A stretch of 64,000 nt of DNA from Fimbriosthenelais zetlandica (Eukaryota): contig OZ365118.1 in NCBI GenBank assembly GCA_977030845.1, positions 2,914,001 to 2,978,000 on the forward strand. The letters run 5' to 3'. Each line of letters starts with the position of its first letter. Position 1 is the first letter of the stretch. The notes beneath the pieces are model-generated. The model saw nothing but the letters and a program-made list of their open reading frames with translations, did no database searches and was not told the origin of the DNA. Positions 25,723-39,494 of the stretch are shown piece after piece. The translations under genes were made by a program, and so were the position numbers.

Positions 25723-26969
25723 TTCTAACACACATAATATTGAAATTTGGGCCTTGAAGGTGGGGGAGTCTACTGCTATAGACTCCTCTCCATCAACCCC
25801 ACCCAAACTCACCCCCTACTAACACATATTTTGGGACTTGAAGGTGGAGGAGTCTACTGCTAATAGGCTCCTCTCCATCAACCCCACCTCTTCAACTTCT
25901 AACACATATTTTGGGTCTTGAAGGTGGGGGAGTCTATATGGCGCAATAGGTTCCTCCCCATCAAACCCACCCCTTCTAATTCTAACACATATTTTGGGTC
26001 TTGAAGGTGGGGGAGTCTACTGCTATAGGCTCCTCCCCATCAACCCCTCCCCTTCTAATTCTAACACATATTTTGGGTCTTGAAGGTGGGGGAGTCTACT
26101 GCTATAGGCTCCTCCCCATCAAACCCACCCCTTCTAATTCTAACACATATTTTGGGTCTTGAAGGTGGGGGAGTCTACTGCTAATAGACTCCTCCCCATC
26201 AACCCCATCCCTTCTATTTCTAACACATATTTTGGGCCTTGAAGGTGGGGGAGTCTACTGCTATAGGCTCCTCCCCATCAACCCCATCCCTTCTATTTCT
26301 AACACATATTTTGGGCCTTGAAGGTAGGGGAGTCTATATGGCGCTATAGGCTCCTCCCCATCAACCCCATCCCTTCTATTTCTAACATATTTTGGGTCTT
26401 GAAGGTGGGGGAGTCTACTGCTAATAGAATCCTCCCCATCAACCCCATCCCTTCTATTTCTAACACATATTTTGGGCCTTGAAGGTAGGGGAGTCTACTG
26501 CTATAGGCTCCTCCCCATCAACCCCATCCCTTCTATTTCTAACACATATTTTGGGCCTTGAAGGTGGGGGAGTCTATATGGCACTATAGGCTCCTCCCCA
26601 TCAACCCCATCCCTTCTATTTCTAACATATTTTGGGTCTTGAAGGTGGGGGAGTCTACTGCTAATAGAATCCTCCCCATCAACCCCATCCCTTCTATTTC
26701 TAACACATATTTTGGGCCTTGAAGGTGGGGGAGTCTATATGGCGCTATAGGCTCCTCCCCATCAACCCCATCCCTTCTATTTCTAACATATTTTGGGTCT
26801 TGAAGGTGGGGGAGTCTACTGCTAATAGACTCCTCCCCATCAACCCCAGTCCCTTCTATTTCTAACACATATTTTGGGACTTGAAGGTGGGGGAGTCTAC
26901 TGCTATAGACTCCTCCCCATCAACCCCACCCCCTTCCAGTTCTAACACATATTTTTGGTCTTGAAGGTC
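25723..26969. repeat. ~80-bp minisatellite, 15 full copies plus a partial, with a 240-bp higher-order repeat
   Basis: Unit TTCTAACACATATTTTGGG(T/C)CTTGAAGGTGGGGGAGTCTA-loop-TAG(G/A)CTCCTCCCCATCAACCCCATCCCTTCTAT. Lines starting 26161/26401/26641 and 26221/26461 align at an exact 240-bp offset. Confidence 0.98.
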
Positions 26970-28204
26970 ACATTGTAATGTATTTAACATAATTATACTT
27001 TGTTCATCCCTTGATTTCATCGTAAATTAAGCACTCATTTACCCCCAGGGATTATTGACCGCTTTATCAGTTTATACAACTTTTGAGAACGTGGGTGTAT
27101 AATAGGTGTGGCCAGTATTCTAAGTCATGCCATGTCCTTATGTTCATATCCATATATTATGGCGATGCCCTTTACAAAATAAATATGCTGGCATTTAAGG
27201 AAAAACTATGATTAAAGAAGGATCTTCTGATCTATCATCAAGGATCAGGGAGATTATTGACTAGAATCATAGGAGAATATTTCCCTGAATTCCTGCTGTT
27301 ATTGCAGCTATTTTATTATATATATACATCTGAAGTCAAGTCACCTACTCTAGCCTTATTCACAGTCTCACATTCGGCCATATTGGCCGGCTCACCCAGC
27401 CAGTCTCTGTTTGAATCTAATATGGAAGAGCAAGGGCACGAAGGCTGGAGCAAAAATGAAGTTTGCTCACTATAAGTATTTTTGTTGCCACATATGGATG
27501 GCTTGTACCAAAGAAGTGTCTATAATATACGGGACTTGGTCTGCTGCAAGCTAACTACAGTCTCTTTCCCCTACACTCCAACTGTTGGGAAATGTCCTCA
27601 TAGAAATGAAAGTATCTGATAATTTTCAAACCCAGGTTCAATGGGACTATTTAGAAGTGGCTGCAGAATAAGGGTTTAGATTACAGTTCTGGTATCTACT
27701 CCTGAACCTGATAAGCAATTGTGCTGCCAAATCTATCTTGCCATTCGTTAATGCGATGACAGATGGTTTTATTTCATCCCCTTAGAGTCAGTCTGGCTTC
27801 CATTGGAAATTTAATGTGTGAAATGTTGATTGGATCTCTTTAATCCAGATCTGACTAATTTTCAAGTGCTGTGCCAGCGGCTTATGTCATCAAAATCATT
27901 GCAATTTTGTAAATGGGACTGATGAAGGATTAGAGCCATTGATCCTCTACTTCTTACATTCCTTTTAACACAAGTCTGTGAAATATCTCCTACGAGGGGC
28001 TGACTGCAAAGGGAATGGGAAATCAGCAGAAGAACATTACCTTTGCTGTATATGACCCAGATTCTGCGCCGATTCCACATGAGACAAAACAGTCCCATAT
28101 TCATCACTACACGAAATGCACTGTTCCTCCTCACAGGAATTCCATGTGATGTCCCAAGAAATTCTACAAGCGTGTTCATCCTCAAAGTCCCTAATACTTC
28201 TTAC

Positions 28205-28309
28205 CCAGCAGTCTTTTGTCATCTTTTCTAATATCATATATAAAACCATTCCCTATCCAGTACATCTCTCCGGCATCTTGCAGCATATCAAGGTAGTTGA
28301 TAAATTGCA
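28205..28309 (-). CDS. Weak candidate 105-nt phase 1-1 exon (QFINYLDMLQDAGEMYWIGNGFIYDIRKDDKRLL)
   Basis: Donor CTGG|gtaaga, but the acceptor ttgacttaaatcag| is AT-rich and weak. The peptide looks protein-like, with a YWIG motif. Confidence 0.2.
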
Positions 28310-29370
28310 CTGATTTAAGTCAATAAATCATTGCATGCAGTGAGTGGAAGAACGTGTCATTAGCTTGTCTCTGTATAAAACACACACCAAATGAGGCATA
28401 AAAACAATTAAATCCATACACTAATCTAACATATGAGACTCCACTTATTGCCTGCTAATCGCACCACCTCCATTGAATGAGTCGGAGGGGGGATTATACC
28501 ATAATTAATGCGCTGATTTATCACACGTCTGTTAAAGTCAGCGCTTTGACTCACTCCCTCCTCCATCATACCTCCACCACCTATTCTTACAGCACCCAGC
28601 TCACATGAATCATTTCCTCCAGTCAGTCTTGTACCAACATCTTGACCAATAGCTGGGGATTAATTGAGGTTGCTCCTTCACCAGGACCTATCACTACACC
28701 TGGTGTGATGGATGTTGGGTCATTGTAGGCTGGGTGCTCGCATATAATACTGTCATTGTGACTCGAGATGAAGAGATCCACTCCATATGGATGTCTACCC
28801 AAGCCAGTTTCACCTTACGAAATCCAATTGTATTCTCTTGAATGTGAACTGCAATCTTAACTTTCTCTGGCTTATGAAAAGGTTATTGCAACCAGGATCT
28901 GAACGGTCTTTACTTGTGCCTCGAATTTCACAATAAATCTATTGTGTTGGAGATGAGCAGTGTCTCGTGTTGCCAGATATTTGCACTTTAAGTCTGGCTA
29001 AATATTAAAGAAACACTTAGAGAAACAAAGGGAGAGTGATTATAAGATTATTATGGTTAATAATACTATTATTATATAAGACTTCAGTTAATATTATGGT
29101 TAATATGGTATTAAAAGATATTAAATTTTGGGCCTGGAATACTATAGGTTGTCCCAACCTTTTTCGTTATTCCAGAGAACGAGTCGTGTTATTCCCATAT
29201 CTGCTGACCACGGTCTTTTTGACTGACTCACCACATCCCCCCTTCCCCTCATCCATCCCTTTCCAATATTTCACCAACAACAGGTTTCCAAGGTAACCAT
29301 GTTTCATTAAGGTAGGCTGTTGATCCCTCCCGGTCAAATGAACGTCAAGAGGTGTCTTATTGACCCGCTT

Positions 29371-29409
29371 CCCTTCTCCCTTCTCCCTTCTCCCTTCTCC
29401 CTTCTCCCT
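29371..29409. repeat. (CCCTTCT)n heptamer microsatellite, ~5.5 copies
   Basis: Perfect copies are directly visible. Confidence 0.95.
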
Positions 29410-30697
29410 GTATGTAATGACACCAAATACACACGATCCCATAATGGCATCACCTAGCCTACTGAATTGGCAGGCGATTAGGTTACCTGGAAAATAACCA
29501 AAAATATCATCAGGTAACCAAAGACTAGCCCCTCAATAAATATAGCTATTATAATGGCATGGCTTATCATGGCATTTGTATTATTGCCACTGGAATCCGA
29601 TATGACCTTAATTAATTACAGCCAATCCATTAGGGAATCATTTGGTTGTCTTTTCCATTACCTCAAATGACCTGAACATAATTATTTCCTATATTTTGTA
29701 GACAAATCCTATTATCCCATTTTAAGAAATAATGTGCTATTTTTAAATCACTAGGATCACTTCCTCTTAACCTCATTACACTACACTTGATATATTTACC
29801 CATATTTTGCTTAGAAAATCCTGTATTTTTGGAGATATAATATTTATTTAACACAATATTTCTTTATTTCTAAGCATCTTTAGTTTTTTGGTTGGTATGT
29901 ACGATATATCATTTAACCTTGCCACCCTCATAAATAACCATTGTGTATGAAAATGGACCAAAATAACCCAACTCCGCACCCACGACCTGTTGGTCTCAGT
30001 ATCCAATGTTAAACAATAAAAGCTCCCATGGCCATGTGTCTGGCCTTTAAGAATATCACAGGGGAGCAGGATTAGACACGAGTATTGGTACAATCAATAC
30101 CTTATTCCCATAGCCTTCTATACCTCTCATGTAGGCCTCATGTTTGTGTTCAATGACAAGGGCCTGTTGAGGCTGGGGGCGGGCTAACATGGTAGCTAAT
30201 ACCATGTCAGTCACCAGCTGAGATGAAGTAAACAAGACCTGCTCTACTGTCTCCAAGCCATGTCATGGCTGGAGAGGTGGTCCATATCCCGAGCTGAACA
30301 GAGCTGCTCATACGCAAACTCCACTGTTTATATGCTATACTTTATTCATATTCCGCGCTGCATTATTGAAAGCTTATCAGATTATTTCCCTGGGAAATCT
30401 TTTACAAGAATGCCAAGAAAACAGTGTAAGCACTGTTTTGTTAAGGCATAAAAAGATATCTGTGGAGAAACGAAAAAATAAATGAAATCTGCCAGAACAA
30501 TGGCTACCCATATACTTGTCCATACTTCGGAGCATTGCTCGAGCAATTCCCCAGATCGTGAGCTACTCCCATATCTTGATGACTCGAACATGATCTCCAA
30601 TGGGCAACTTTTAAAATGACTGCCAGATAAGGGGACATGGAGAAAAGATTATCCCCCATACGATTATTCCTTACCACACCCATGCAGTGTTGGTTCC

Positions 30698-30748
30698 GTG
30701 AGAGGCCTATAGTCCTGGGTGGTGAGAGGCCTATATTCCTGGGTGGTG
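30698..30748. repeat. 24-bp direct duplication (GTGAGAGGCCTATA(G/T)TCCTGGGTG)
   Basis: Two adjacent copies with one mismatch. Confidence 0.9.
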
Positions 30749-33700
30749 TAATTTCACTCCACCTATTTCCTCCCCTTACATTGAACCAGGCCACCTACGG
30801 CTTACTATGGAACTACCCACTGAGATCCTCCAGTAGGCGAACTCTAAGCTTGAGGGGCAAAAGTTGAAACTTTTTGTTCAAGAACAGATTTATTTTATCG
30901 ATTTTCTCATCCCTGCTTGAAAGCTTTTACAAACCATGGGGTTAAGGAGTAACCATGAGTGGCTATCTTTCTTCTGGAGGATCCACTCTAGATCAAGACT
31001 TGTATAAACTGTTGATAAAGCAGTAAGGGCCAATTAACCCCGGAGCATTCTGTGATTGACACCAAAACTTGCTAAAGTCATACACTTCCAACTCCCACCC
31101 CTACCACCCATGGCGCCCCGAACACACCAGCCCCAAACTCACTCGACTCAACTGAAAATCCACATTTATGAATATAAGAAGTGAGTATTTTTAATGAATG
31201 ACTGTGGAGATAGAATGGGAAGGTTGTTTATATTTCCGGGGCAGATGGTCGGGTACTGAACCCCAGGTAGTCTTCTCATATAATCTATTATGATGGGCTT
31301 ACCATCACTTCTTCCCCTCCTTTGTCTTGTTTAGCTAACTGATATTCAAGATTGAAACCAATATACATTGCTTTGCTGTAGAAACTAGATTTGCCAATGA
31401 AAACTAGATCAATAAGTTAAATGAGAGAAATAAATCCAACCATATTAGTACATAAATGTCCAAAATATTAAAATAGGGACATATATGTGTGGGCTGGCCT
31501 ATGTCAGTGGTCTGATATCACTGGAGAATCTCTCCACAGAAGATTGTCAAAGCCAGACATTCCTCTCATATGTATGGCCTAGCAATGAGCATAAAAATAC
31601 AAAGGTCGCTCGTATACTGCACCATCCAATCTGGTATCAAAGCTATGACATCTCATTTCAAGATAGGACCATCTCTCCGCTATCGGTGTTGACATTTGTA
31701 GAGTGTGCCTGGCAGTGAGGGAAGTATTGGTTATTTAAACATGATGTCTGCGGCATCAGATATAATACTATCAGATAGAGTGGGTGCCACTAATTTACTA
31801 TCTTGCTGACTTAACATTCCCCTGTCAACAGACATTGCCTTGGTGGGATGATATCGGCTCAGCTCTACCCACTGGATACATTAGCAATGTAAATGTGAAC
31901 GACACAGCTATGGTTATGTTTCATTCCCCAGTCTTATATCTCAATCCATGCCACTTCTGCTTATAACTCCGGTCATTTAGGGCGCTGCTCCCTGGAGCTT
32001 CGCTGACCTCCAGGGCAGCCACTCCTGGGGGTTATGGTATGGGGGATGGCACCTGGAAAGCTGAGGCTCAGGGGGATCCACTCCAGGGAGGCTCCATGGT
32101 GTCATACCGAGGGATCAGCTTGGATATACATGTCATGGTACCGGGGGTATTGTTTAAAAGGGCCTTTGTTGAAGCCTCCGCGGTACACAGCTGGCATTTG
32201 TTTAATGTCATTACCCCCCCCCCACCCCCCGTGGGATCCTCCTATACTTTTTAAATGCTCGTCCCTTTAAAAAAATGATCCTCCCCTGAGATTGAATGAC
32301 AAATATACACAGAGACGGCGTCGAGATATTTGCGTCAATTATTATGCCGTATACAATAAAATGAATTGATATTTCTTGTAGAATATCTTTATCTTTCCTG
32401 TCTACATTTACTATGGAGACTATATATTTTATCCCATTCCACGTGATCTGTCTCTATTTTTGTTGAGATGATTTTAATGGGTGGGATTTAAACAAAGAGG
32501 AGTGATGAAATGCGCTCGGTTTTAAATGAAAAATGGACTTAAATATAAGACCAAACTATTTTCGTGTTTGACAACTCGAAGTTTGCACATTGATATCAGA
32601 TGACGCAGCCAGTCCTCCTTAAATCTGGCTCTTATTTGACTGGTGAAAATAATGCCGGATGACTTAATTGTTTTTCCTGTCCTGAACCAAACATTACGCT
32701 GGCTATAAATGCTAGCAGTTGTGTTATGATTGAGACGTTTTTGCTTATGCACCCAGTACATATGTCTGGATCGTGGATATAAGGGGAAAATTGTTCTCAA
32801 TATGTGCCCCCGACCTTTCCCCGTCCAACCGCCCACATTCTGGACTGGAGGACGGCCTTTTCCAGACAGGAAGTCACGTGTTTGGAATTCGGTCACGTGC
32901 CTCGCGTGTGGTGGTCATGCGCGGTAGATTTGTGGAGAGAATGATGTATAATGGGATGATCTGACTGGGCATTGTAATGCCTCATGAAAGACCCTCTGTG
33001 TGATGGCTTTTGTTCTGAACAGGGAAAACACAGGTGGGGAACAGGTTCCTCCAGGGACAGGCGCCTCTCCTACAGGTCTGAGTGTTCCTCCTCATACCAA
33101 GACTCCCTCCAGATCAGCACCATATGATAAAATGATAAACAAAACTCAGACTCCATTAACTCTATAGTGGCTTGCTAAAAACAACCTGCGATATGGCTAG
33201 TAAAAAACTCCTGTGGAATAAATAAATGGATCCGTTCTTCCTGGTCGGCCTACTGCATTATGACCAATCTCAATGCATCCATGACGCAATGCTCAGTCTT
33301 CTCCCTTAAATAAAAATAATTCTCCTGATCAGAAAAGAACGATCGCATACATGCAAGTATCAATCTGTACTGTGATCGTTTTTAGTCGAGTTAATGACCG
33401 ATCTTAGAAGCACATCTTAGATGTTGAAATACGCAGGAAGAAATCCATTATCACTCGAGTAAAACACGAGGCTATTCATGTCATGGGTGAATTAGTCGAC
33501 GAGCAGCCTCCCCTGAAAAAAACCACTAATAGATGATCATTTACAGAGAAGGCAGTGAATAGTAAAAACTGAACACACGTCAGGCCTGCTTGGACTCACA
33601 CCTAACTGTTTAAGACATGATAATCCAGGAAACGCATGCCAGGGACGCATGCCCATTGCACGTAAACGGCGCAATGGGGAACCTCTAAGGTTACACACCA

Positions 33701-34337
33701 GGTGTCGCGATCCACACGTATCCCATTACGCCCCCCGGTGGCGCTGATTCTAACTAGCTTACTCCATGGTCAAGACGATCCGGCGGGGATCGATGCGATG
33801 TGTGTTTGAACAATGACATGATATATCTCAGTCAATGTTTGTATTCATCTAGTCGGTCAGCCACTGCATTATGATACACTTATATGCTTGTGTTGAGGTC
33901 CGACTTATTTATGGACTTAACCTCAATGATTATCTTGTTTACCTCACAATATTCTTCACTAGTTGGTCTAGTAAAGAACCTTGGTCTTTGCTTTGTCGCA
34001 AAGTGAATGTCTGATGAAATATTTAAACAAGATGAAGTCATTTAAAAAAAAATGCAAATGGCCGCTTCTTGGGAGTTCCGGAAGTGGGGTTTCTACCCAA
34101 TTATGCAGAAAGCCCTTCCGGTGTAAGGACCCTAGGAACGGATTTACTAAAAACGTTAATGCTTTTGTCAAAAATATGTTCCCATGTGGGTGGGTTTTTG
34201 CAGCGTCGCAGTAATTGCTGTTAATTGTCAATCTCCCTGGCTTTGTTTGACATGTCCCCGCTGTGGAGGAGTTCATAATTTATAACCTGTCCCACGTCTT
34301 GCTTATTGGATTTGCGCTCTTCTGCCTCTCTCCCCAG

Positions 34338-34475
34338 TCCTATCACCTACTTCTCTCCCTCTTATACCTCTCCCTCTCACCCTGCAATATCCCCCCCACC
34401 CCCCAATACAAAGCCGGACCCAACAACTGTTGACAACACATTTCCATATGTCCCCCATCTGCACTATAGAGCAAG
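34338..34475 (+). CDS. Weak candidate 138-nt symmetric Pro/Ser/Tyr-rich exon
   Basis: Strong acceptor ctcttctgcctctctccccag|, weak donor AAG|gtggct. Open in phase 2 (PITYFSPSYTSPSHPAISPPPPNTKPDP...), which is compatible with the 35411 exon. Confidence 0.2.
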
Positions 34476-35410
34476 GTGGCTATTCTAAAAGAAGCCCCGA
34501 TATGTTTTATACTACCCTCTGGAATGTCCACACCCAACTTTCCTTAATCTATACAGAAGAATTCTGACAGATTCTGTGAAACTTGAAATGTTGAAGACTC
34601 CCATGAATTCAGTTGGGACGTTTATATGCTATGACATATCCCTTTCAAACAGATATCAAATGTATTGCTGACCCCAAAGAATTCTGTCAAGAGAATTTAT
34701 CTGTCAGAGAATAAATCTTCATCAGAAGGACTTTAAAATGTTAAAAAAAATGTTAAGATATGTCCGTATTCCTCAAGGACACAGAGATGCTGATTTAAGG
34801 AATAAATGTCTTTAAATTTCAAAACAATTTAATAAGACAAATTATTATCATGTCATACTTGAATTGATTGTTCTGTGCTTATTTGGAAGACGTGATAAGA
34901 GCATACTATATGAGTTAGTTGGCATCATGATGACCATGTAGAATCACTCCATCATGTTATGTAAATGGACATGCTATCAAATATTATACCGATATGACAC
35001 GGGGATAGAGTATGTCCTCCCTATCACATCATCCCCTGATACATCAGTCTTACCCCACACACCCATACATCAAACCTGATCACAATGCTCACTTTGCTCA
35101 CTAAAAACTCACTTTTAACATGAAAAATGAATATCAACATGTATATTGACTTAGAGTGAGCCCCATGTTATTGTGGGTAACAGATCTAGAGTCCAGATAT
35201 TCCTAGGGTGGTAAACCCATACAGCACTGACCCTAACCTTGACCAGAGCTGGCACTGGTCAGGGGAGGTCCGGTCACTACCAGCTGTCTGTTGGTTGGTG
35301 TCCTGCTGGGCCTCCACCCCCCACCCCAGGGCCCCCGGAGTGGCCAGGTCTCGGGTCTGGAACCTCCCACCAGGGCCTCTCTCCCCCTTTCCATCTCCTT
35401 TGCTCCTCAG

Positions 35411-35464
35411 TTCGGTGGGTTCGCCAACAGTTATCGGCACCTCACTATACGCGAGCCCATCACT
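35411..35464 (+). CDS. Spliced 54-nt exon (all frames open; e.g. SVGSPTVIGTSLYASPS)
   Basis: Long polypyrimidine acceptor ...ccatctcctttgctcctcag| and donor ACT|gtgagt. It is followed by a clean 126-bp intron ending ctgtcctttcttttacag|. Confidence 0.5.
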
Positions 35465-35590
35465 GTGAGTGTGAGGGTTTGTAAGGGGCATTATCCACAC
35501 TGACAGTTGTATGGATGGATGTATGTACTAGGGCTCTCTAAAAGCAGCCTTGCCCTGTGCCAGAGCCTGCCCCTGTCCTTTCTTTTACAG

Positions 35591-35597
35591 ACTATAG
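35591..35597 (+). CDS. Start of candidate terminal exon (stop TAG at 35595-35597 if phase 2, giving a ...ASPSLL* C-terminus)
   Basis: Strong acceptor at 35590. Every frame reaches a stop within ~40 codons, consistent with a last exon. Confidence 0.35.
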
Positions 35598-37487
35598 GAC
35601 GTCCCACCACCACCACCACCTCCCCCTCTCACTCATTGAAGTCCCATCCATTCACCCTTACTTCTCATCACCAGGACTAGCTCTATGGATTCTGGACATT
35701 TTATCTTGAAGTGAAAAAGAAACCTTCTGAAGTGACCCAGAGCTGTCTTCATCGATTATCTTACTCCGGGATGACTTAGTGGATGTGCTTTGTACGCTGG
35801 ACATATTTTGATCATTTGCTGAGGAATAGCTGACTTGTGAAGTGATCTTATCTTAATTCATGGGAAAAATCACATTAGTATACACCTTGGAGTTTACTGC
35901 TTACAAAAAAAAACAGTTTAACAAAAGGTGAGTCATTTAAATTTACCTAAAAAATATATTCATATATCCCATTAAGCTTACTTCACCCATATGTTAAGCT
36001 GTCATGGAGTTCCTAGTATGAAATATGGTTGGAACTGCACTGGGACCTGATCTTTTAATGGGATTCCTCGACTATTTTAAGGCATCGAGATTATTCTATT
36101 CATGAGCTCTAGTCCCAGAAGATGGGAGGCCCAGATAGTTTTTGTCCTATTGAATTCCATTATCAGCCCAATATCTTGATGACAGCTCGTGCACCTCATT
36201 AACTTGGTCTGTAAATGCATTGTGCATATCAGTGATTGTGAATGAAGCATGTAATGTTGTATAACTAGATCCCAGCATTTGTGACGCTAATGTATCCTGT
36301 TAGAATGGACGCATTGTGAGACCACATTACAAGTAATGCCCTGGAGAAAGCTCCCTATTCATATTATAATCCTACCTGAGCCAGCCCACTGCCCAGCTCC
36401 AACCCCGGGCAATGAAACGCTTACTGGAGGAGCCGGGAAAACTAACCGACCGGGGGAGGGGAAATGGAGCGGTCCAAAAGGTCCTAACCCCAGGGTCAAC
36501 CCATTGGAGGTGGCATGCGCTTTTTTGATGGGAAATTTTATTTCCAAGTTCCTTTAATTGGCGCCCAATTGGGATGACCCCATGGCGCCGAGACATTCTC
36601 ATTGATGCTTGTGTTTGGTGCCAGGCATTCCGAGCCCGAAATCAGTGTCCAACAGACAAGATTGAACCTGATCGCTGGACGGAGGCCCAGGCTAAACTTC
36701 CGGCGGTGGTGTGAGGCGGTCCCTGCGATAAGTAGGTCCATGTTTAGACCTGCTCCACCATATAGATTGATCACTTGTATCATTTCCTTTTTTATGATAG
36801 ATGATCCTGGGAATCGGGCGTTAAGTCCATCTATTTTATCTGATGGACGCGCACCGCCGACTGGGATAGACTAAACAAATGAAGGCCCATAACCAGGCAG
36901 GTTTATGGGGTGGTAGCCCTGGTCAATGGGCCATATGCACATTCAATTTTCCACATAGTCTGTTTATATTGTGTTAACGTCCTTATGGGTCATGGCATTT
37001 TGAATCAGGGCCGGTGGCACTTGGATTGTTTCCGAATCACTGACTTGACTGGCATTAAATTGCCGGTTATTATATCTGGATTAGCAATCTAGGCTGTCTA
37101 ATGAAGCACAAGGTGGATTTGAGGAGGAAAATTCAGAACGCTCTCTTATACACACATAAATCTCTACCCACCGCCCCTGCCCCGGCCCCATTCTGACCCC
37201 TATCTGAGGAAATCCTGTTATATTTTGACAAATGCCAGGAAATTGGTTAAATTGAGCGAGAGATTGATGCCCCTGTGAAAAGAAAATCCCTTTAAGGGAG
37301 ATTGCATTACCCACCAAAACCCTTTTATTATTGAAACGAATAGCATCATCTTGTGGAAAAAAGCCATCCTCGCCAGGCTTTGCATGGGCTGGGAAAACAT
37401 GGGTGAATGAAATCAGTTGACTAAAATGAGTTCGGTTCACCAAAACAAACCAGTATAAAATAATGCAAATCTTTTAGTTATACACAC

Positions 37488-37692
37488 TGAAATAACCTCA
37501 AATTTCATATTGATGAGAAATATTTATGGTCCTGAAACTGATCTGAAATTCAGAAAGGAAGAAAATATAAAAACCCTGGTTAGATTATATGAAATAACCT
37601 ACTTTCATATTGATGAATAATATTCATGGCCCCGAAACTGATCTTAAATTCAGAAACAAAGAAAAACAAAACCCCCTAGTCAGATGATATGA
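37488..37692. repeat. 102-bp tandem duplication (2 diverged copies)
   Basis: tgaaataacct..tttcatattgatga..atatt(t/c)atgg..c(t/c)gaaactgatct..aattcagaaa occurs at 37488 and 37590. Confidence 0.9.
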
Positions 37693-39494
37693 CAGTGAGG
37701 TGGGATGGTATAAAAGGTGATCACATGTCTATATGTAGAGATGCTCCATGGTCCTGCCCCCCACACATGGCACTGAATCTGGTCATGGTTTCCTCCTGAT
37801 AAAACTACCGTAGACGCGCGATAAGACTCCATACATTACAAGTCGGCGACAAGCCAACTGGAACCTTATCTTTACAAAAGCCCGGCCACAAAGGAACCAG
37901 ATACACCATTGGTTTGTTCCTTCCTCCTCTTCTCCGGCCCTGCGCTTTGACCTTTTGTTTTATGTCCAGTACTGCCCGCATGAGAAGGGCAATAAAGAGA
38001 AAAGAGCACATCAAAAAAACCTGTATAGGGCGTCTGCCGCGGACAGTGGCTCCTCCTATCTGCTCGTTTGAACTCCCCCCGCCCCCCCCCCCTTTTTAAA
38101 AAGAAGAAAAAATAAAAGGTTCAACCTTCTCTGAGCATTGGATCCGTACAGTGGAGGTATTGGTATCGGTATAAATTGTCTTGCAATACTGTTATCAATA
38201 CTGCTGTTCAAGAAGAGCAGTCTATTGTGTTGACAGCGTGTTTTCTATTCATCCTTACATCAATGCTTAGTGGGCGTTAAACAAATATTCAGAAACCTGT
38301 CCATCGTTATTGCCATTTATCTTTGAAGACTATTATTTTGGGTTTACAGCCAATTATTTTCTAAATCAGAGCATCAAGTTAATTAGGCTAAGAGTGGCTA
38401 GATCTTAACACCAGTTCAAGGTCTCCTAATCCCCTTATTTCCAGGATGAAGTGCCAAATTGTGACCTAATTACAAGTCCACCATGCACCTCACCTCAGCC
38501 CGAGGCGATGTGAGCAGGCCTCGACCTCGGCAAGGTATTTTGTATAATGAAGTTACATGGCCCCCGGGGAAATGTCCAATTTTGATCCTGAACCCATGAC
38601 CTATTAACTGACGAGCGGTAACAAACAGTTCCAGCTCATATCAGCTCACCTCGCCATATTTAGGTCAGGGGCCGAGCTGCTCCTGGACACTGGACATGTT
38701 TCTTTGGTCCAGGTTCTTTTCGTGAGGAGAACAAAGGCAGCTGGGGCTGTGTGCGTGATGGATGCCCAATGGACGGCTGGCAGGACCTCAAGTCGACCCA
38801 CCCAATCCACTTCCTTATTTTTTCCCAAATGTTCCCCACATTCCCCAATGTTTTGCCACTGATTTTGCAATATTTCCACTGATTTTACAATGCTTTGCCA
38901 CTCATTTTCCCAATGATTTTGCCTTTGGTGAAAATTCTCTCATGCACTTGTTGCACAACCACTACCCTGTCGACTTCATTTATCCTTAAAGTAGAATGAT
39001 TTTACTCTAAGATCTATCATATGCGGCACTTTTTGATGGCATACAATTGTTGCCCATAGGATACTTACTTCTAGTGCGGCGACATGAATAAAAATGCCAC
39101 TGGTCACAATGCAAATATGTACAGTACAATGCTTCTAACCTCAACAATAGAGAGGTTTGAAGTATGCTTAAAGTATATTTACTTTTCCTTTTTTCAAGGG
39201 AACCTGAGTGTCTAGTGCTTACATATGAATGTGGCTACTATCGCTTTTACCACACACTTTACCCGTGTTGACACACACTGGTCAGCGCCATTAGCTCCCT
39301 ACCTTTACACAACCCTCCATCCAACACACCACCAACATGTTTTTGTTGGTTGGCTCAGTTTGGGGACGTGAGAAGCACGTTCAGTGGACTCACAGAGCTT
39401 TAAGGTAGCTCCGTGTTGACTTGCTACTTGTTTAACGCTGGGAGATGGAAATGCAAGGCTAAACTTGCCCTCCTCCCCTGGTACTATTTACACT

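Noticed and set aside
25723-26969. CRISPR-like array (repeated hairpin with a variable segment)
   Set aside because: The variable part is only 6-10 nt and recycles three alleles. There are no unique spacers and no cas genes, and the context is eukaryotic. The ORF at 26584-26868 is just the repeat translated.
30540-30620. KLPIGDHVRVIK resembling the Polinton integrase GD.VRI motif
   Set aside because: The expected continuation (F.KGY.PNW) is absent and a stop follows. No other Polinton genes or TIRs were seen.
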